Shown one piece after another: positions 60,900 to 64,000 of a stretch of DNA of 64,000 nt (positions within the stretch are counted from its first letter, which is position 1; each line of letters opens with the position of its first letter). The notes below the pieces were generated by a model. That model saw only the letters and a program-made list of their open reading frames with translations. It did no database searches and was not told where the DNA came from. Origin of the DNA: an uncultured Chloroflexia bacterium (GTDB lineage Bacteria > Chloroflexota > Limnocylindria > Limnocylindrales > CSP1-4); contig CAWHYC010000004.1 of NCBI GenBank assembly GCA_963833535.1, positions 78,602 to 142,601 of the forward strand, written 5' to 3'. A program made the translations under genes and the position numbers.

Positions 60900-61783
60900 T
60901 GCCGCTCCTGGACCTTGCCTGGCTGACCGTCCGCGAGGTCGCGCGACGACGCCTGTTCCTCATCCTGGTGCTTATCACGGTCGCCTCCGTGGCCCTCTCG
61001 GCCTGGGGCTTCAGCCAGGTCAAGGACGCCCTCTCCAGCCAGGATGTCGGCGACGGCCTCGAGGCAGGTGGATTGACCGGCGAGCTGGCCCTGCAGTTCA
61101 TCTACGCGCAGCTGCTCATCCTCGTGACCTTCATGTTCAGCTTCATCCTGGCGCTCAGCGCGGTCTTCATCGCGGCACCCGTCATCGCCGGTGAGCTCGA
61201 ATCCGGGATCGCCCTGACCATCCTGGCCCGTCCGGTCGGTCGCTCGGCGTACCTGCTCGGGAAGTGGCTCGGGGTCGCCGCCATCATCTGCGTCTACGCG
61301 GTCGCCTCTGGCCTGGTCGAGCTGGTCGTGGTCGACCTCATCACCGGATACCTGCCGCCTGACCCACTGGTGGCCGTGGCCTATCTCTCGGCCCAGGCGC
61401 TCGTGCTGCTATCGCTGACCATCCTGCTGAGCACTCGTCTGTCGGCCATCACCGCCGGCGTCGCTTGCGTGGCCATCTATGGCCTGGCCTGGATCGGCGG
61501 CATCATCGGTGGCATCGGGGTGGCCATGGGCGAGGCCTCCATCGGGCGAATCGGCGACCTCAGCCGCCTGCTGTTGCCAACCGACGGCCTGTGGCGCGGG
61601 GTCGTCTACCACCTCGAGCCGCGCGAGCTGCTGCTGCTGGTCGATCAGGCCGGGCCGCTGACGGCCGCCTTCCCGTTCCTCGTCGAGACCCCGCCGACGC
61701 CCGGCTTCCTGGCCTGGTGCCTGCTTTGGTTCACGGTCGTTCTCGGGCTGGCCGTGTTCAGCTTCCGCCGCCGCGAGATCTGA
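60899..61783 (+). CDS. ABC-2 type transporter permease
   Basis: GELESG..L.RPV.R..YLLGK motif, six TM, FRRREI end. Confidence 0.88.
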   Translation: MPLLDLAWLTVREVARRRLFLILVLITVASVALSAWGFSQVKDALSSQDVGDGLEAGGLTGELALQFIYAQLLILVTFMFSFILALSAVFIAAPVIAGELESGIALTILARPVGRSAYLLGKWLGVAAIICVYAVASGLVELVVVDLITGYLPPDPLVAVAYLSAQALVLLSLTILLSTRLSAITAGVACVAIYGLAWIGGIIGGIGVAMGEASIGRIGDLSRLLLPTDGLWRGVVYHLEPRELLLLVDQAGPLTAAFPFLVETPPTPGFLAWCLLWFTVVLGLAVFSFRRREI

Positions 61784-61804
61784 CCCGGCACGACCTTCGG
61801 GAGC

Positions 61805-62182
61805 TCAGCCCTCGATGATCGAGAGGATGTTGCCGGCCGGGTCCTTGAACCAGGCCTGCTTGGGACCGGGGCTGGCGATGCCCTTCTCGTTGGTCTTCAT
61901 CGGTCCCGCGTCGTACTGCTCGAACACCACGCCCGCAGCCCGCAGCGCATCCACGGTGGCCTCGATGTCGTCGACCGGGAAGTTGAGGACGGTATGGGTC
62001 GCTGGCATGTGGCCGGGCTTCGGGTAGACGAGGACGCGATAGCCGTTGACGGCGCGCAGCGAGAGGAGACCACTGCCGGGATCGGTGACTTCGAAGAGTC
62101 CGAGTGTCTGGCCATAGAAGACCTTCGCGGCGGCGATGTCATCGACCGCGAAGCCAGCGTAGAAGGGCGCGTTCTTGAGCAT
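61805..62182 (-). CDS. VOC (glyoxalase) family protein
   Basis: FYGQTLGL, LNFPVDDI, AWFKDPAGNIL. Confidence 0.9.
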   Translation of the reverse strand: MLKNAPFYAGFAVDDIAAAKVFYGQTLGLFEVTDPGSGLLSLRAVNGYRVLVYPKPGHMPATHTVLNFPVDDIEATVDALRAAGVVFEQYDAGPMKTNEKGIASPGPKQAWFKDPAGNILSIIEG

Positions 62183-62343
62183 CCGATCATCCCAGCCTTG
62201 TGCTGCTGCCCGGACGGGACCTCCCGCGACCGCGGGGGGAACCATGCTACGCTCGCCGCCGTCTGGCAGCGGGCGCGTCCCTCAGACCACGCTCGATCAA
62301 CTTCGGCCGGGCAGCCACGTCTCGTACCACGGAGCATCGATCC

Positions 62344-63141
62344 ATGCGACTCAGGTTCCTCGCCCTGTCGGCCGTCGGCGCCCTTGCCGTCGTCGGTTGC
62401 AGTGCCATCGGGGCCGCGCAGGGCGGCCAGCTCGAGGGCGTCACCTGGCGGCTCTCGACGTACGTCGCGGACGGCAAGCCCGTTGAGGTGCCGGCCGCCA
62501 TCGGAGCGACTGCCACCTTTGCCGGTGACCAGGTCTCCGGATCGAACGGCTGCAACAGCTACGGCGGCCCTTACGTGGTTTCAGGCAGCAGCCTGACCGT
62601 CGGACCCCTGCGCTCGACGATGATGGCCTGCGGCCCGGTCCAGAGCGCGATCGAAACGGCGTTCATGACGGCCTTCCAGGCGGCTGGCAGCTACACCGCG
62701 ACCGATGCGCAGCTGACGATCTACGACGCGACCGGCGCCCAGACGCTGGTCTTCGAGCCGCAGGCGGCGATCACGCTCGTGGGCACGCCCTGGAACGTGA
62801 CCCAGTACAACAACGGCAAGCAGGCCACCGTCAGTCCGGTGCTCGACTCGACCATCACGCTCGAGTTCGGCGCCGACGGCACGGTCTCGGGCAACGCCAC
62901 GTGCAACAGCTACAACGGCAGCTTCACGACCGACGGCGACTCGCTGAGCATCGGGCAGCTGGCGACGACGCGGATGGCCTGCGCCTCGGACGAGCTCAAC
63001 ACCCAGGAGGCGCAGTACCTGACCGCGCTCCAGAACGCCGCTACCTTCGAGATCCAGGATGGCACCCTGGTCATCCGGGACGCCGCCGATCCGCCGGCGA
63101 ACCAGGTCTTCGCGACGCCACTTGCGGTGCAGGCCCCCTAG
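62344..63141 (+). CDS. Lipoprotein with two META domains
   Basis: VVGC lipobox; GCNSY/TMMAC and TCNSY/TRMAC repeats. Confidence 0.88.
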   Translation: MRLRFLALSAVGALAVVGCSAIGAAQGGQLEGVTWRLSTYVADGKPVEVPAAIGATATFAGDQVSGSNGCNSYGGPYVVSGSSLTVGPLRSTMMACGPVQSAIETAFMTAFQAAGSYTATDAQLTIYDATGAQTLVFEPQAAITLVGTPWNVTQYNNGKQATVSPVLDSTITLEFGADGTVSGNATCNSYNGSFTTDGDSLSIGQLATTRMACASDELNTQEAQYLTALQNAATFEIQDGTLVIRDAADPPANQVFATPLAVQAP

Positions 63142-63185
63142 CCATTCGAGCCCGTGGCCGACGCGCGTCTCGCGTGCGTCTGGTC

Positions 63186-64000
63186 CTAGCTCCGGCGCAT
63201 CTCGGCGGCGATAGCGGCGCAGACGGGCTCGAGGTTGTCGTTCGTGAGGCCGGCCACGTTCACCCGGCCGGCCCCGACGAGGTAGATGGCACGTTCCTCG
63301 CGGAGCCGGCCGACCTGGTCGGCGGTCATGTCGAGCAACGAGAACATGCCACGCTGACGGAGGAGAGGCTCGGGGTCGAACGGCGCGCCGGCCGCTCGCA
63401 GTCCCTCCACGAAGCGGCGCCGATTGCCGTTGATGCGGTCACGCATGTCGGCGACTTCACCTTCCCACCGTGCCCGCAGGTCGGCATCGAGGAGGACGGT
63501 GGCCACGACCTCGCCGCCATGCGCTGGCGGGTTGGAATAGAGCGCTCGGACGACGGCCTTGGCATGGCTCATCAGCACCTCCGACTCGTGCGCGTCGGCG
63601 CCGACGATCGAGAGTGCCCCGACGCGCTCAGCGTAGAGGGCGAAGTTCTTGGAGAAGCTCGAGGCAACCAGGAACTCCGGAGACGCGGCCGCGATGGTCA
63701 GCATGCCTGCCGCGTCCTCGCGTAGGCCGTCACCGAAGCCCTGATAGGCGAAGTCGACCAACGGCAGCAAGCGACGCTCGGCGATGACCGCGGCCAGCTG
63801 CGCCCATTGCTCCGCCGTCGGGTCCACGCCCGAGGGGTTGTGGCAGCAGCCGTGGAGGACGACCACGTCACCGGGCGAGGCGTCCACCAACGCGCCGAGC
63901 AGCGCGGCCAGGTCCAGGCTGCCGGTCGCAGGGTGGAGGTAGGAGTAGGCGCGCGTCTGCAGCCCGGCCGCCGCGAAGACCTGGGGGTGGTTTGGCCAGG
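63186..64000 (-). CDS. aspC: Aspartate/aromatic amino acid aminotransferase (AspC/TyrB family), 5' part outside window
   Basis: LHGCCHNPSG, DFAYQGFG, SFSKNF, YSNPPAHG, QRGMFS. Confidence 0.88.
   Translation of the reverse strand, partial: WPNHPQVFAAAGLQTRAYSYLHPATGSLDLAALLGALVDASPGDVVVLHGCCHNPSGVDPTAEQWAQLAAVIAERRLLPLVDFAYQGFGDGLREDAAGMLTIAAASPEFLVASSFSKNFALYAERVGALSIVGADAHESEVLMSHAKAVVRALYSNPPAHGGEVVATVLLDADLRARWEGEVADMRDRINGNRRRFVEGLRAAGAPFDPEPLLRQRGMFSLLDMTADQVGRLREERAIYLVGAGRVNVAGLTNDNLEPVCAAIAAEMRRS

Overview
High-GC bacterial chromosomal window. Gene content (RibXY-type flavin ABC transporter, PASTA kinase, F420-type oxidoreductase, ECF/anti-sigma pair, LPxT-type surface protein) suggests Chloroflexota, possibly Limnocylindria-like; this is inference only. 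From left to right: partial aspA and an ECF sigma remnant; a paa-like CoA-ester beta-oxidation cluster (1.5-10.3 kb); an FMN-riboswitch-controlled ABC transporter (11.2-14.6 kb); a dispersed histidine-utilisation cluster (hutH, hutU, ftcD, hutI) interrupted by a MIO-less ammonia-lyase, a DtxR-family regulator and an FTR1 permease; an ECF/anti-sigma pair; argS; a surface protein; tdh-kbl (heavily frameshifted, probably sequence errors); an HTH-GAF-GGDEF-HD-GYP protein; tRNA-Glu; galU and a PASTA kinase; folC-folP-folB; an HtrA/two-component cluster; rplY; an ABC exporter; and a partial aminotransferase. I saw no CRISPR array, prophage or transposase. The most interesting signals are: (1) a putative DNA-binding diguanylate cyclase with 10-bp-phased repeats directly upstream of its own start; (2) an FMN riboswitch variant in which the L3-L5 T-loop contact appears replaced by a 5-bp kissing loop; (3) an unannotated ~200-nt structured RNA with its own promoter, divergent from argS; (4) a MIO-less HAL paralogue in the hut cluster; (5) a tandem palindromic operator for the DtxR-family regulator; (6) pervasive leaderless genes. 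All calls were made by eye, with no database searches.
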